Positions 37,690 to 50,764 of a DNA stretch of 64,000 nt are shown piece after piece (positions within the stretch are counted from its first letter, which is position 1; every line of letters starts with the position of its first letter). This stretch comes from Narcine bancroftii. Its lineage: Eukaryota. The translations under genes and the position numbers were made by a program. The notes under the pieces are model-generated. The model was not told the DNA's origin. It searched no databases and saw only the letters and a list, made by a program, of their open reading frames with translations. Where the stretch lies: NCBI RefSeq assembly GCF_036971445.1, contig NC_091470.1, forward strand, positions 66,650,001 through 66,714,000, in the 5' to 3' direction.

Positions 37690-38280
37690 TTCCTGGCCAG
37701 CTCTTCCATCTCCACCAAACATCTCCCTCCTTACGGCACATCCTTTTGCAACCATCAGAGATGAAACATCCAAACTTTTATTTCTTCCTTTCCCACTATC
37801 CTAGGCCAAAAACAAGTTGTTCTAAGTGAAATAGTGATTTACGTGCTTTTTCCCATAGAGTGTATTGCACTTGGTGCTCAGGATGTGAACTGGAGACCGA
37901 GTTACCTCTTTACAGACCACCTCCATTCAATCCACTGGGCTATTTTGAGCTTCAAGCTGCCTTTCACTTTAATTCTCCATTCCATTCCCATACCCATACC
38001 TGACCTCCTGTCAGTTGTCTCTTACATCTCTCTATCTAGACCCAATCTAAGTTTGAGGAAGCTCATCCCATTTTCCATCAATTGAATTCAATATAACCAT
38101 ATAACCATTTACGGAGCGGAAACAGGCCATGTTGGCCTTTCATGTCCGTGTTTTCAGATCATTTGGTTCTTCTGTTTGTATCCAAACTAACTGGTACTCT
38201 TGTAAGGTTATGTTTGTGTTAACTTAATTTTTCTCTATCCAAAGACACTGACTGATTTGCTTGACATTCCAAACATCTCC
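37690..38280 (+). mobile_element. Old Penelope-like fragment, with a short CR1-type tail inserted near 38090-38150
   Basis: CACTTTAATTCTCCATTCCATTCCCAT...GAGGAAGCTCATCCCATTTTCC is homologous to 25735-25850. (ATATAACC)2 tail at ~38091. Confidence 0.5.
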
Positions 38281-38631
38281 TCTTCCTCATGGATCCCTCC
38301 AATGTGCTCCTGATCCTTTGCTCCCTCTAATTCTTGCAGTGTTACTGCATCTATAAACTTGGCATCAATGGTAAGAAAGCAGCTGAAGACTATTTTTGAA
38401 GAACAAAATTCATTTTCATTTACATATGGTTGAATTAAAAAGGGACTGCCATCATGAGGTGATTAAAGATAAATTAGTGTGACCAACCTGAATGAATATT
38501 TTTGATGAAATTAATGCACGAGATGTACATCTGAATGTGTTAAAGATTATGGGCAGGTTATCACTTAAGAGGCCTGTTGAAAAAATAATAGTTCATGGAA
38601 TGATATTTGTGATGGTAATAATTTGGGTACA

Positions 38632-38864
38632 AGAAGACCGCAGAGCCCACCTCAAGAAGACCGCAGAGCCCACCTCACTAACAAAAGGCAAAGGAGGAAA
38701 AACCCAACACCCAACCCCAACCAACCAATTTTCCCCTGCAACCGCTGCAACCGTGTCTGCCTGTCCCGCATTGGACTTGTCAGCCACAAACGAGCCTGCA
38801 GCTGACGTGGACATTTACCCCCTCCATAAATCTTCGTCCGCGAAGCCAAGCCAAAGAAAGAAGA
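38632..38864 (+). mobile_element. Short RTE/BovB-like 3' insertion with 12-bp TSD
   Basis: TSD AATTTGGGTACA at 38620-38631 and 38865-38876. The body is nearly identical to the 3' end of the other RTE copies. Confidence 0.93.
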
Positions 38865-39049
38865 AATTTGGGTACAGATTGGACAAGTTATTGATCAATG
38901 ATAAAATGTATAAAGTAGTAATGAATTTTTTTTGCGAGAGCGAAATATGCAAAAATATCACTGGAGATCAATTTCCTTTTTTGGAACTGAGTGTTGGAAG
39001 TGCAATTTCCAAATATACAGCTATGGAAAAGCAAATCACCAAAACAGAA

Positions 39050-39302
39050 CTTAAATTTAAATGTAGATAGACAGCATGCAAGCAGGTGCTTCCACTTATG
39101 AGCCTGTGGTCCCCAATTACACCATTTAGCCGACAATCCCCATACGTTTTGAAGAGTGGGAAGAAACTGGAATGCCTAGTGGAAACCCATACAGACACAG
39201 GGAGAACATACATACTCCGTACAGACAAATCTGGATTCGAACTTGGGTTGCGAGCGCTGTAACAGCATTGCACAAACTACTACACGCTAACCATGCTGCC
39301 CC
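39050..39302 (-). mobile_element. V-SINE (HE1-like)
   Basis: Reverse complement of the 34381-34640 family. B box GTTCGAATCC on the minus strand near 39233-39243. Confidence 0.85.
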
Positions 39303-42300
39303 GTATTGTAAATGTAGTGAACAGGATGGTGCTAACTTCAGCAAGTGATGAAAGAACTGGTGCCTAATGGCTGAAATTGAACAGACAAATATGAGGTATT
39401 GCATGTTGGAAGGAAAATGTGGAGTGGCATTATAATCATAATGGCATTATTCTAAACAGTTTGGAAGATCAATACAACCCGAGTTGCATATTCACAGACA
39501 TTTGAAGCTGGCTAAGCATTTTGATAAGGTCGTTTGGGGGAAAAAAATCTGGGATACTTGGCTTCGTTCATTTAAAAACTAAATAATACTGGACCTTAAA
39601 AATCTCTGTTAAAATCTCAGCTGGAGAATCATGTTGAGTTTTGATCGTCATACATTCGGAAGGATGCAAACATCTGCAAGGGTTTACGATGAGAATGTTT
39701 AGTAGAGAAGTAATGAAGAGACTGGATGGATGGGATTCTTCTTTTAGGAGAGATGTGGCTGAGGTGAAGCTGAAATTGGGTAAGATTTTGAATAAGCAAA
39801 GTAGGAAGAGATTGTTTGCACTGGTAATTTTGCCAGTAATCAAAAGTTATAGACAAAGAATCGGGTGGTCTTTCCTCATGCAATAAACTGATGATGTACA
39901 ACCTGAAAGGGTGCAGAAAGGCGATTCTATTAAAAAATTCAAAAGGCGATTATGCACAAGATTGAGGTGGATTAATTTGAAGGGTTATCAGTGTAATTTT
40001 GGAGAATGGAGCCAAACTGGATCATTCCTACACACATCCAGTTTCTGCATGATGGGCCAAAGGGTCTTCTTCAACATATTAAGGGTGATTTAACAGTAAG
40101 GGAAAATCCATCCTATATGGTTCCTTGATTATTTAGGCATACCATGCAGTTCTTGTTTGACACTGAGCTGAGATTCAACCCCCATTTCTCCCTCAATTCT
40201 CCCATACTTTTCACACAATTCTCTTTATTTGTCTCCACCACCAATTTTTCCAATGATTTTACTAATTATCATCAATTTCTAATCAACTCTGTTCCATGTA
40301 TGATGAGTCCAGTACTTCTGTACTGGCTTATTTTCTTTGCTTCCTTATTTCTCACTGAAATTCTTGAAATGTTTAGATGGTTCAATGGCTTTGCTGCAGT
40401 TTAATTCTGCCTCTTCTCCAGGCCCACATCTTGATATACTCGGAGTTTTCCTAACCCTGCTCTATTATTCTGTTTGCTTCCCTCACTCCACTATGCATAA
40501 ATTTCAATCATTAAAATGATCCCTCTGAGATACCCTCTCCAGATTCCTCCATCTCATTATCAGTAAAAACTGTCCAAAGCCTACTCTTTATCTCCACCAC
40601 TTCCTGTTAATTTTCCACTGATCTCCTGTAAAGCAAGTGGAAGTACTTATTTAAGTGAATGATGCTAATTTAAAATGTAAAGGCAGTAATAAAATTCAAG
40701 ATTCCTTTATTGTCATGTAATGGTATCGAACAAGTAATATTACATGACATTGCCTTCTCCCTGCAGTGAACCTTTAGGGTGGTTTTCTGAACTTAAAATG
40801 GCTACATGGACTTTATTTTAGAATCTCTCATTGGTATTATTTTAGCAGACATGTTAGGGGTAAAATTTCTGCCAAGGATTATGCTGATCTTTGATCACTT
40901 AAGTTATTCAGGAAATATAATAGCTTCAAGCTAAGAAAATAGACACCAAATGAATAAAGTTCATAAGCTGAGCAGGTTTTGTTAGTTCTTTAATGTATTG
41001 TTCATACAATTGATTATCACTCAGTTTTGACATGATCAATGCAAATATTGGAATGAGTTTGCTTATATAGCACAATCTAAGCTTGACAACTTATTTGATG
41101 AACTCACTTTTCCAATGTTCCACTATTTATGGAATTATAAAATTCTTTTATAATTTGTTTCCTTATTTTATCTTTGCCATTACATTCTGAATTCAACTGG
41201 AGAGTTATTAGCAGTATTAATATTTTTAATGTTCTCGATCTGTGTCTCATCTCCCTGGCATGTGTAATATTGATGGAGATTGGAATAGATTCTGTACCTT
41301 TCTTGCTCATTTAAAAATTTGCATGAATCCAAGTGTAGCACAACATCTGACAGAAAATGAAAAATGAGGAACATTTATTTAAGGTTTTGCTCTGGTCATT
41401 TTTTAATAAAGTTCTTCCATTCATAGTTACGTTCCAGCATTCATAGTTCCAGCAATGCCAAAGGTTTAAAAACATCAGCAAGGATCTTAAAGTCATTATG
41501 TTAGGAGATAATGGAGGATAGTAAAAACAAAAGCAATTGATACACTGGGCACAATACTGTATAGAATTGGGAACAAAGAATGGATCAAGAGTTTATACAG
41601 CATACAGCTCACTAATCAAGAGGATTAGAAAAGTAATCAGTGAGGACATGGCTGAGATTTCAAAGAAAGTTTGAGGGAACAGTGGTAATTGGGACTTAAA
41701 TCTCAGTTCAAGCTAAACCAGGGCAAAAACAAAATACCCGAGTGATCAAGGAACTAGAGAAAGAGGAACAGGACTAATATGCCCTGTTGAAGCTCTTGGT
41801 CAGAAATAATTTTAAAATTCAGAGTGTGGTGGAGGGATGGATATGAAAAAGGAGATGTATCTATAAGGATGGGTTTGGATTGATATTCCTGGTTTTCCTG
41901 GAGCCTTTGGATTAATAGATAAATGTGAGCACCCAGAGACAGTGCAATAAAGCAAGCAAAGGGACATGTGGATCTGGGTTATTACTGAAACCTGAAGCCA
42001 AAGTGGCATCATTCTAATGTCCAGTGTAAAGTTTAAGGCATAGGACCTCATCTTCCATCTGGGCACATTGTAGCTGCCTGGGTCACAGACTGAATTCAAA
42101 CATGTCTTAGAATTTGGTTTTTACTTTATATTAGTTCTGTTGTAAATTTTTCCATCTGTGATATTAAATCTGTTTTTCTCTCTCCATAAACAGTGCCTCA
42201 TCTGTTATATTTAGTTAAGATGTGCCATTTCTCACATAGTTGATGGAACTTTTAGCCATAATCAGATGACTTTTACATGCAATGATTCCTCCATAGAGTC

Positions 42301-42674
42301 CTGGGCAAAGACTCATACCTATTGTGTTTTATTTTAACTTCAGAACTGTCCACTACTCCTTACATCTTTCAAACAGAACACTTACCATTTATGACTAGAC
42401 CTACATCTTCCACAACAATTCCTCACATCTTACCCCATCAATTTTCCCTGAATATCATTATCTATTTCATCCTAACTCTGTATTAGTGAAATGTGCTGAC
42501 TGGAACTGCAATCTACTTGATTAAATAGTATGTTTTAATAAATAAACTTACTTGTTCATTTGGGGAATGTTTATCCACTGCAGACATTTAATTTCATCTT
42601 GGAACTAATCAAGCCTTTGAAATAGTTTAATTAGTGATGGGAAATTTCTTCCAGCAACATGCACTCTCTTAAGA

Positions 42675-43123
42675 TATTTTATTGAAGTTTGCAATAATAC
42701 AAAAATTAAACAATATACTGATAAATTGAAATTTAAAAATTCACCCTATTAATTCAAAACCCTGACCACTATAAAAGTTTGGGGGGAAAAAATGAACATG
42801 TGGGTATCAAGAGGTGACAACCTAGAAATAGCACAGCATTAAAGCTGATAACGACCCTCAAACATTAGATTGTGGTCATGGTCCATAAAAAGTCCTCGTA
42901 TTCAGGGAATTAGTATTTGAATCTTTAAATGGTATATCTCTTTTCCATAAAATTAAACAAGACATAATATAATTTAACCATTTTGTGGGTGTGTAGGTGG
43001 AGTGTTATCTTTCCATTTAATCTAAATTGCACATCTGACTTTCAATTAAGTAAAAGATAAAATTCAGTTTCTACACTCTCTTTTTCAAGTTGGATATAAT
43101 TTCGCTTACTTTACTAATTTAAT
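42675..43123 (-). mobile_element. Old L1-clade 3' remnant, target of the Gypsy insertion
   Basis: Minus-strand RCAI.IKWKDNTPP...WLNYIMSCL-like C-terminus near 42940-43040 and a poly-A-signal-like TTTTATT at ~42677. Confidence 0.5.
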
Positions 43124-43127
43124 CCTT

Positions 43128-46100
43128 TGTAGCAACTGTGTCGCAGTGTTAAATGAAGAATGAGAAAATGGTCAGGTGTAGTCAAGTTGAATTTCAGTAA
43201 AAGTCGTTTGCTCAGTCACACACAGCTTTTAAAACACGGCACGTTCTAAATGATGTCCAGAACTTCCAGAACCAGTTTGATTAAGCCTCTGGTGAGCCGC
43301 TACATGCCCCCGCCCCCCCCCACCACCCAGAACCGGTGATAGGAGGTTAAATCTCTGGTGTCATTACTGTCCACCACTCTTGGGTGGTCGTCCATGCTTT
43401 TGAATTGGGGGTCGTGGCAAGGCTGATCAAGGTTGAGATGAGTGGGCTTTAGTCAGTCAATCATAAATATCTCTGGATGGCCCCCAATGTCCAGTACACA
43501 AGTTGTATGATTGTTTTATAGCACTCTGAAGAGGCCCAGATATGGCTTCTGTAAGGGTGGCCTGTGTACACCTCTACGCATATACTCATATGCCTGGAGT
43601 TCCTTTGGGATGAAGGGTGTTGTTCCATGCCTTGACGTGGGAACTGGGGCCAATTTTCCAAGCCGCTCCTGCAGTTTGCCTAAGACTTTAGTCAGTGGCA
43701 CCTCGTGTCTGCATGTTGCAGGCACGAACTCCCCAGGTACAATGAGCAGGACTCCATAAATCAACTCGGCCGATGAGGAGTTGAGATCCTCCTTTGGTGC
43801 TGTTCTTATTCCCAGGACAATCCAGGGCAGCTCGTCTGCCCAATCAGGTCCCTGGAGGCGGACCATCAGTGCAGCCTTCATTTACCTTGGAACCGCTCCA
43901 CCAGGCCATTCGACTGTGGGTGGCAGGCTGTCATCTGGTGGAGCTGTATTCCCAGCAGTCAGGATAACACATCCCAGAGTACAGAGGTAAATGGTGAGCC
44001 TCTGTCGGAGGTGACATGTGTGGATAGGCCGAACTGAGATACCCAGGCAGAAATAAAAGCTCTGACACATGAATCAGTTGATGAGTCCATCACAGGAACT
44101 GCCACCTGCCACCTAGTGAATCTGTTGATGACTGTTAACAAGTACCTAGACCCTCGTGACACTGGAAGTGGGCCGACAATGTCGACATGCACATGGTCGA
44201 ATCTGTGCTGTGGTGGCTGGAAAGACTGAAGTGGCGCCTTCACGTGCCTTTGCACTTTTGCTGATTGGTAGTTCGTGCTCATCTTTTCCCAGTACATGAC
44301 CTGCTTTTTGAGTCCATGCTATCAAGTGGACTGTCCCTCAAATGGAGGGGTGGGATAGTGCATGAATGGCATCAAAAATGCAACATCTCCATGCAGCAGG
44401 GACAATAGGGCGAGGCTGATCTGTGTAAACATCACATAGGAGAGTGGTACCTTGCTGCCCAAAGCTACAACCTCATTTTGCAGGCTCATGACAGAATTTC
44501 TATAAGCCGGGAGTTTGTTGTCTTGGCACTGAGCTTTGGCAAGCGCCATGTAGTCTACACCCGGAGAAAGGTCATGTATGGCTTGAACGAAGTTGCTGAA
44601 AGGGCATCAGCCACCACATTTCTCTTACTGGAGATATGTTTAATCCTGGTTGAAAAGTCGGATACATAAGATAGGTGGCATTGCTGATGGGCTGACCAGG
44701 GATTTGATGCCTTCCCGAAGGTGAACATTAGCGGTCTGTGGTCAGTAAAAACCATGAAATCCCTGCCTTCCAAAAAGTAGTGGAAGTGTCTGACCACTGG
44801 GTACAGCACCAGCAGTTCCCTATCAAATGTGCTGTATTTCATTTCTGGAGGGCGGAGGTGTTTACTAAAAAACACTAGAGGCTTCCATTCTCCACTGGTG
44901 TACTGTTCCAAGACCCCACCTGCTGCTGCATCAGACACATCTATAGTTAAGGCAGTTGGTGCATCCATTTGTGGATGGACCATCAACGTTGCCTTCACTA
45001 GGGCATCTTTGGTCTGCTGGAATGCTACTATCATCTCCGTTTTCCACTCGAGTTTTTTTAGCATCATTGAACATAAGGTTGATATTATGAGCTGCAGAAG
45101 GTAGAAAGAGATGATAGAAAGTGACCATCCCCACAAATTTCTGGAATCCTTTGATCGTATTGGGCCTCGTGAATTTGAGGATGGCTTCCACTTTGCTAGG
45201 CAATGGAATGACACCTCGGCTGTTGATCTGATGTCCCAAGAACTCAGTAGAGGACTGCCCAAAATTGCAGGGTTCAAATGGCAGAGTAAGCACAGATGCA
45301 GGTGCTCTTTGGCTGGCGATGAGTATGTCATCCAAATATATGAAAAGGACGTCCATGCTATGCCCCCACTGGATCTATTAGTTGCTGGAATATTTGTGCA
45401 GCATTTTTGAGACCAAAAGGCACTCAAAAATTCAAAGAAGCCGAATGGTGTTATGATGGCGGTCTTGGGCACATCCTCTGGGTTTACAGGTATTTGGTGG
45501 TACCCACGCATCAAGTCAATTTTAGAAAATATCCTGGCCCCGTGAAGATTAGCTGTAAAGTCCTGTATATGGGACATGGGGTAGCGGCCTGCAGTGGTAG
45601 CATTGTTGAGACGCCTGTAATCCCCAAAAGGTCTCCAGCCTCCCATGGCTTTGGGCATCTTATGTAGCGGGGAAGCCCACAGGCTATCAGACCTGCATAT
45701 GATTCCAAGTTCCTCCATTTTGTGGAACTCCTGTTTTGCAAGCCGCAACTTGTCTGGTGGCAGGTGTCGGGCTCAGGCGTGTAGAGGAGATCCTTGGGTG
45801 AGGATGTGGTGTGTGACGTGTGGCAGTAGAAAACTGGGGAGTGATAATGACCGGAAACTCCTCAAGAAGTTTGGTGAATTTGTTGTTTGAGTACTCCATG
45901 GCATCTAGGTGCAGGGCAGATAGTTCGGCTTTTTCAAAGTGAAAAGTCTGGAACATTGTGGTGTTCACCAACCGGCGCCCTTTTAAGTCCACCATCAGTG
46001 AGTGGGCTCTGAGGAAGTCAGCACCCAGCAACGGCCGGAAAAACAGAAGCAAGAATGAACTTCCATGTGAACATTGTCACTGAACTTCAGGGGTATAGTC

Positions 46101-47214
46101 CGTGTGCCATATGTATGAAGCGAACTGTTATTCACCGCAGTGAGCGCTGGACCCATGCTCCTGGTATGGTAAAGTCTGAAGGAGGATGAATACTAATCTC
46201 CACACTTGTGTTGACTAGAAATTTGTGCTGGGAGAGTTTGTCCCAGACATTGAATAGACTGTTACAGTGGCCAGCAGCTGAAGCCATTAGCGATGATTGA
46301 CCATGGCGTTTCCCAGAAAAATGCAAGAGGGTCAGCAGCAGAGCTCCAGAACCCCAGTGTTGATGGTAAAAACACCAGGTGGTTGTCACGGAGTCATGCT
46401 TGTCCAGGGGAACCTGTGCTGGTAATTGTGGACCCTGGGCCTTTGGGTACGACTCAGCCCTAATTTCAGTGGGCTTTGGACCTTGCTGTTTCACGCCTCA
46501 CAGAATGCCTGCACGGGCGGCCACTGTTCGAGGGTTATCAAAGTCCTCGTCAGCCAATATGGATGTCCTCTGGCATTTGCTGTAAAAACAACTGTTCAAA
46601 GAGCAAACAAGACCTATGGCTGTCTTTAATGTCGTTCATTAACTCTGAAGGGGCACAGTCCCCCAGGCCATTGATATGGTGGGGCTGTGCAACTCGTTCA
46701 TGCTGTGAGAGACTGTAAATTCAGAGAAAGTGGGCTTCTAGGGCTTCATACTTGCTGAAAGCTGGTGGGTCCTGAATGAAATCCACTACTTGACTGGTCA
46801 TGTCCTGGTTGAGGGCATTTACCACACGATAGTACTTAGTGGTGTCCACTTCTATCTTGCGAATATGGAACTGCGCCTCAGCCTGCCCAAGCCAAACTTC
46901 ATGTTGAGTGGTCCAAAAGACAGGCAGTTTGAGTGAAACTGAGGCGTTGTGCATGTTGGAGTCCAAAATCTGTTTGGGTCCATCGGGGTCACCAATGTAG
47001 CAACTGTGTCACAGTGCAAAATGAAGAATGAGAAAATAATCAGACGTAGTCAAGTCAAAGTTCAGTAAAAGTCATTTACTCAAAGTCGCTTGTAGTTTTT
47101 TTAAAACCCCACACGTTCCAAATGACATCATCATATTGTGACATCATGATGTCACTCGAAACCTCCCGAGCAGGTTCAATTAAGCCTCAAGGTGAGGCTT
47201 AACAAGGTGCAACA
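43128..47214 (-). mobile_element. Gypsy LTR retrotransposon (CsRN1-like), complete outline with degenerate ORFs
   Basis: LTRs at 43128-43304 and 46996-47214 (TG...CA, about 86% identical over the first 87 bp by hand count). TSD CCTT at 43124-43127 and 47215-47218. PBS TGGTGACCCCGA (tRNA-Trp type) at 46983-46994 and G-rich PPT at ~43306-43321. Domain order: gag (SLKLPVFW...QAEAQF), degenerate protease, RT (WASPLH..., YLDD), RNase H, integrase (HVDIVGPLP, TSDRG). Confidence 0.93.
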
Positions 47215-49099
47215 CCTTGTTAACATTTCTCTTTCAGGCAGTTTTTGTAATGAATATCTTTGGCAAATGATACTTTGCTATGCATGTTGAAGTAGATGTC
47301 ATGAAATAATGTCCATAATGTCTGTATTTCAATTAATCCTATAATTTTGTTATCTCCCACAAAAATCCTGCATCACAGACAGTGCTTTTAATAACTAAGA
47401 AAAAAATGGCTAAACTTCCTCATCAAATTTAAATTATATTTCTTCATTTTCTCAAATAACCAGTGCTTTGTCTGAAAATTAAATTTTTCAAAACAGCTAA
47501 TCATTGTTGGACAATCTGCATTTGAAGTCGAAAGTTCAGGAACAAGGACAGTATTGCTAGGAATGATGGGACCATAGTTTGTTCATTACATGCAGAATTG
47601 CTGCAAGGTGAACTCAGAGAAGCAATGCACATTTTTTTTACAATAAGTTAATTAATCTCCAGTGAAAAAAGAACATTGCTAAATAAGATATATCTAACTA
47701 ATTACATCGCACAGTAATAAGCTAATCAATTTTAATTGACAAAGAAAATGAGCAGTTTTATTAAACAATGTCTCATTATGACCTACCTAGGCTTCAGTCA
47801 TCCAAATTTAAATATATAAATATTCATAATATTCAGATCAAATTGGCACATGGTTTGTTTTAAATTGCTTTCTCAATTCAATAACTTAATGTGTGATTAA
47901 TTTATAAAGATAGAAATTCACCTATGTTTATCTCAATATTGTCATTTTTCCAAGATTAAGAAGAGAGGAATTCTGTGTGATTCTAAGGAGAGATACAACA
48001 ACAGATGTTTCAACATCAGAAAAACATAACATGGTTATAAGTAAAACTACCAGGCTGACTCTGTATCCAAACATAATATCTAAGTTTATTACAACTTGTA
48101 TGATTTCACGCTAAAATAATCGGTTTCTGAGATCGTTAACCAAGAGAAGTTTGGATCATTGCCCATATTTTACAGTTGAAGACAGCAAGAGGCCTAGATG
48201 TGCTCTAAATAGACCTGGAAATAATTGGTGACTGTAAATATTTCTAAAGTTGGCACTTTAAAAATATTTGTAAGACACTCCTCAGCCAACAGGATTTTGT
48301 TCATGCCAGAATATGAGGTTTCTGGGGTATGTGTTGTCCAACCACATTAATTAGAAAATAGAGGCAAGAACATTTTCAATGTATGTGTTCAATGAGCAGC
48401 ATAGACATGGAAGAATACTCCATTCTTCCTTACTGCATACTTCCCCAGAGTTGATAGGAGGTTAACGTTGTGTGAATGATTTCCTTTGATTCTGCATTGA
48501 CCTAGGATTTAAAGGTTCCCCCTTCAAAAGCCCAAGTAACTATTTTGGAAACATACAATGATTTATTAGGAATTTGGCCATGGGTGCTTGTTATTTGGTG
48601 TCTATTGCTGCCAAGTTGCAGGTCGATACATGTGGGCATGCTCATTCGTGGGATATCCAAATTGGCAGATTGTGACCTCAGTCAGTGTGATGCTGATGTG
48701 ATGCCAGCACAGGCATATTGAACCTCAATGAAGCAGCTACTGCTATATGCTAACCTCACACAGCTGAAAAAGTGCTGCCCTTTTCTGCAAGATTGAAAAA
48801 GACAGCATCGATTACTGACTAGGATTGTTATTGTTTCGTTTGTATGGAGTCTTCTCTGGAATAAGCTCATCTTTCCAAATCTGATTGCCGTTTGTGAGAT
48901 CGATGGGTGGTGCACTAAAGACAAGGAATTTGTAAATCCCTTATATATCATTGCTATTTTTCTGGAGTGAGTGAGAAAAAGAACAGAACTGAAGAGCAAG
49001 GAAGAGGATGAGGAAGCAGAGGAGGGGAAGAGGAATTGGAGAAAGAGTGGTTGGAGGAGGAGTAGTTGGATAAAGTGGAGCAGAAAGACTCTCATTGGG

Positions 49100-49290
49100 A
49101 CATTACATCTAACGAGCATGATTGGAATTCCTCCTTTTATCTCCAAGTGCTGTGATGGACACCAGTTAGAGACAGAGCTTAAACATTCAACTGGAAAATG
49201 TCCAACCTCATCAGTGTCTGTAACGCAGTCAATATATTCATATTGGATAAGAAATCCAGCTTTAATTGTCAACAATACACGTTTCAGTAA
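49100..49290 (-). mobile_element. Helitron RepHel PIF1-helicase relic
   Basis: YEYIDCVTDTDEVGHFPVECLSSVS/TGV/PSQHLEIKGGIPIMLVR matches the recalled Helitron motif YKSIDTV..DEAVHYPTEFLNSL..SGMPPH.L.LKVGVPIMLLRN. Confidence 0.7.
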
Positions 49291-49396
49291 ATGTTGGTTG
49301 CTAAGAGGAATCTGTAGAGTAATTTTTATTACACAGAAAATTATTGATATCTGTGATGTGCTGCCAGAGGGGACAGTGGAATCAGAAACTATTGCT

Positions 49397-49530
49397 AGGA
49401 ACCTAAGATATAGGAGCAGGAGTTGGCCATCTAGTCTGTCAAGCCTGCTCTGCCATTCAATAAAATCATAGCTGATCTGATGATAGGCTCATTACCTACT
49501 TGGATTTTCCCCATATCACTTAATTCCCCT
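49397..49530 (-). mobile_element. CR1-like 3' end, left part (continues at 62360-62555 after the Gypsy insertion)
   Basis: ATAGGAGCAGGAGTTGGCCATC...TAATTCCCCT joins ACTGTGTTAAAATCTATCCAACCTTGTCTT at 62361. Confidence 0.7.
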
Positions 49531-50764
49531 TGTGATGGAATTGTTATTATTAATCCTTAGTTATTATATACTTTTATTAAAGATATATTGTGGTCTGGAC
49601 AGGAGCACATACAGACATCACAGACCCTTACAAAATGTTTGCTAATTCATTGTTTGGTGGAAGCTGTGTAAACAGCCATAAAGAAAGAAATTCTCCATTG
49701 AAATGTAAAAGACAATGAATGTTTACTCAGATAAACACCTATGTACACAAGGAAGCCATTTGCAGGTAAGCTGGGCAGACAGCCCTGAAGAATTCACTCA
49801 TAAATGTTTTTGGAAGAGAGGAACTTCAATCAAATAAAGCAATGATGTCATGTCATGTGATTAAAGATATTTGAAAAGCTAGCTTTTAATATTACACCAA
49901 GAAATATCTGTGGTCAGAATTACAGAGACATTATCAGGTGAAGGTCCTGTTGTGGTGCTCTCTTGACATAGGAGATACACAAAATCAGTGGCAATTAATA
50001 TGAGCTACTGTGTCCATTTCTACATGGCCACTACATTTAACCCTTGTCTGGATTTGAAACCTCCATGCAAAAGAGAGGGGGATTTGTGGAAATAATTTGT
50101 ATGAAGAAACATTTCTCTGATAACAATTCTACAAGAATTGAGTTTTGTGAAATTTGATGCTTCAAACCTACTCCATAATTGCTTTTGAGCAACAGTTTTA
50201 AAGTCTCTGAGTTGCAACACAAATGTCTTCTGAACTTTAAAATCATCTCTTCAGAATTAGTTGTGAACAGTAATGGTTTTGGGTTTGACGACATATATAC
50301 ATTTGCGCAAGTGGGGTTACGTTAGAGTTAGGTTTAGAGTTAAGAATTGTTATGTTAATAGTTATTAATAACAATTATTGTTTTGAAGATACCATTGTCT
50401 TGGTGAATTTCTATTGCTGCTGGGCCAAGTACGTAACAAAAATTGGGGGATCATCTAAGATTTAACCAAAATTGGAGCATCGTCTGAAATTTAACCAAAA
50501 TTGGAGCTTATTGATTGATTAAATTTTGATTTGTTTGGTTAAACTTCTTTTTGAAAGCCAATTAAAAGGCTTGTATGTGTGGAATCAACAACAATGGATA
50601 TAAATAAGTTTTTGGCATCACCAAGCTTTGCAGATTTGAAGAGATTGGCAAAGAATGACTTGTTGCTTATCACTCAAGAGTTGAAATTTAAGGATGTAAA
50701 AGTGTCAATGCGGAAAATTGAAATCTAAAGAATTTTTGAAGAGGAGGTGTTAAAACAATTTCCT

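Larger units (their letters stand above)
38400..40075 (+). mobile_element. Degraded CR1-like LINE fragments hosting an RTE tail and a V-SINE
   Basis: Decayed RT-like stretches near 38480 (GTGTGACCAACCTGAATGAATATTTTTGATGA), 39550 (GGGATACTTGGCTTC) and 39660 (GGAAGGATG...GGTTTACGATGAGAATG), and a CR1-type 3' end ATGGGCCAAAGGGTCTTCTT. Confidence 0.55.

Noticed and set aside
38492-39070. 192-aa ORF
   Set aside because: It is a chance read-through across a CR1 remnant, an RTE tail in a non-coding frame and further CR1 sequence.
44555-45748. 397-aa ORF as an intact pol
   Set aside because: The middle is out of frame (YLDD is in ORF 44931..45356), the protease motif is degenerate and integrase is fragmented.
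48971-49471. 166-aa acidic/basic ORF on the plus strand
   Set aside because: It spans a purine-rich low-complexity tract, the antisense of the Helitron relic and a CR1 tail.
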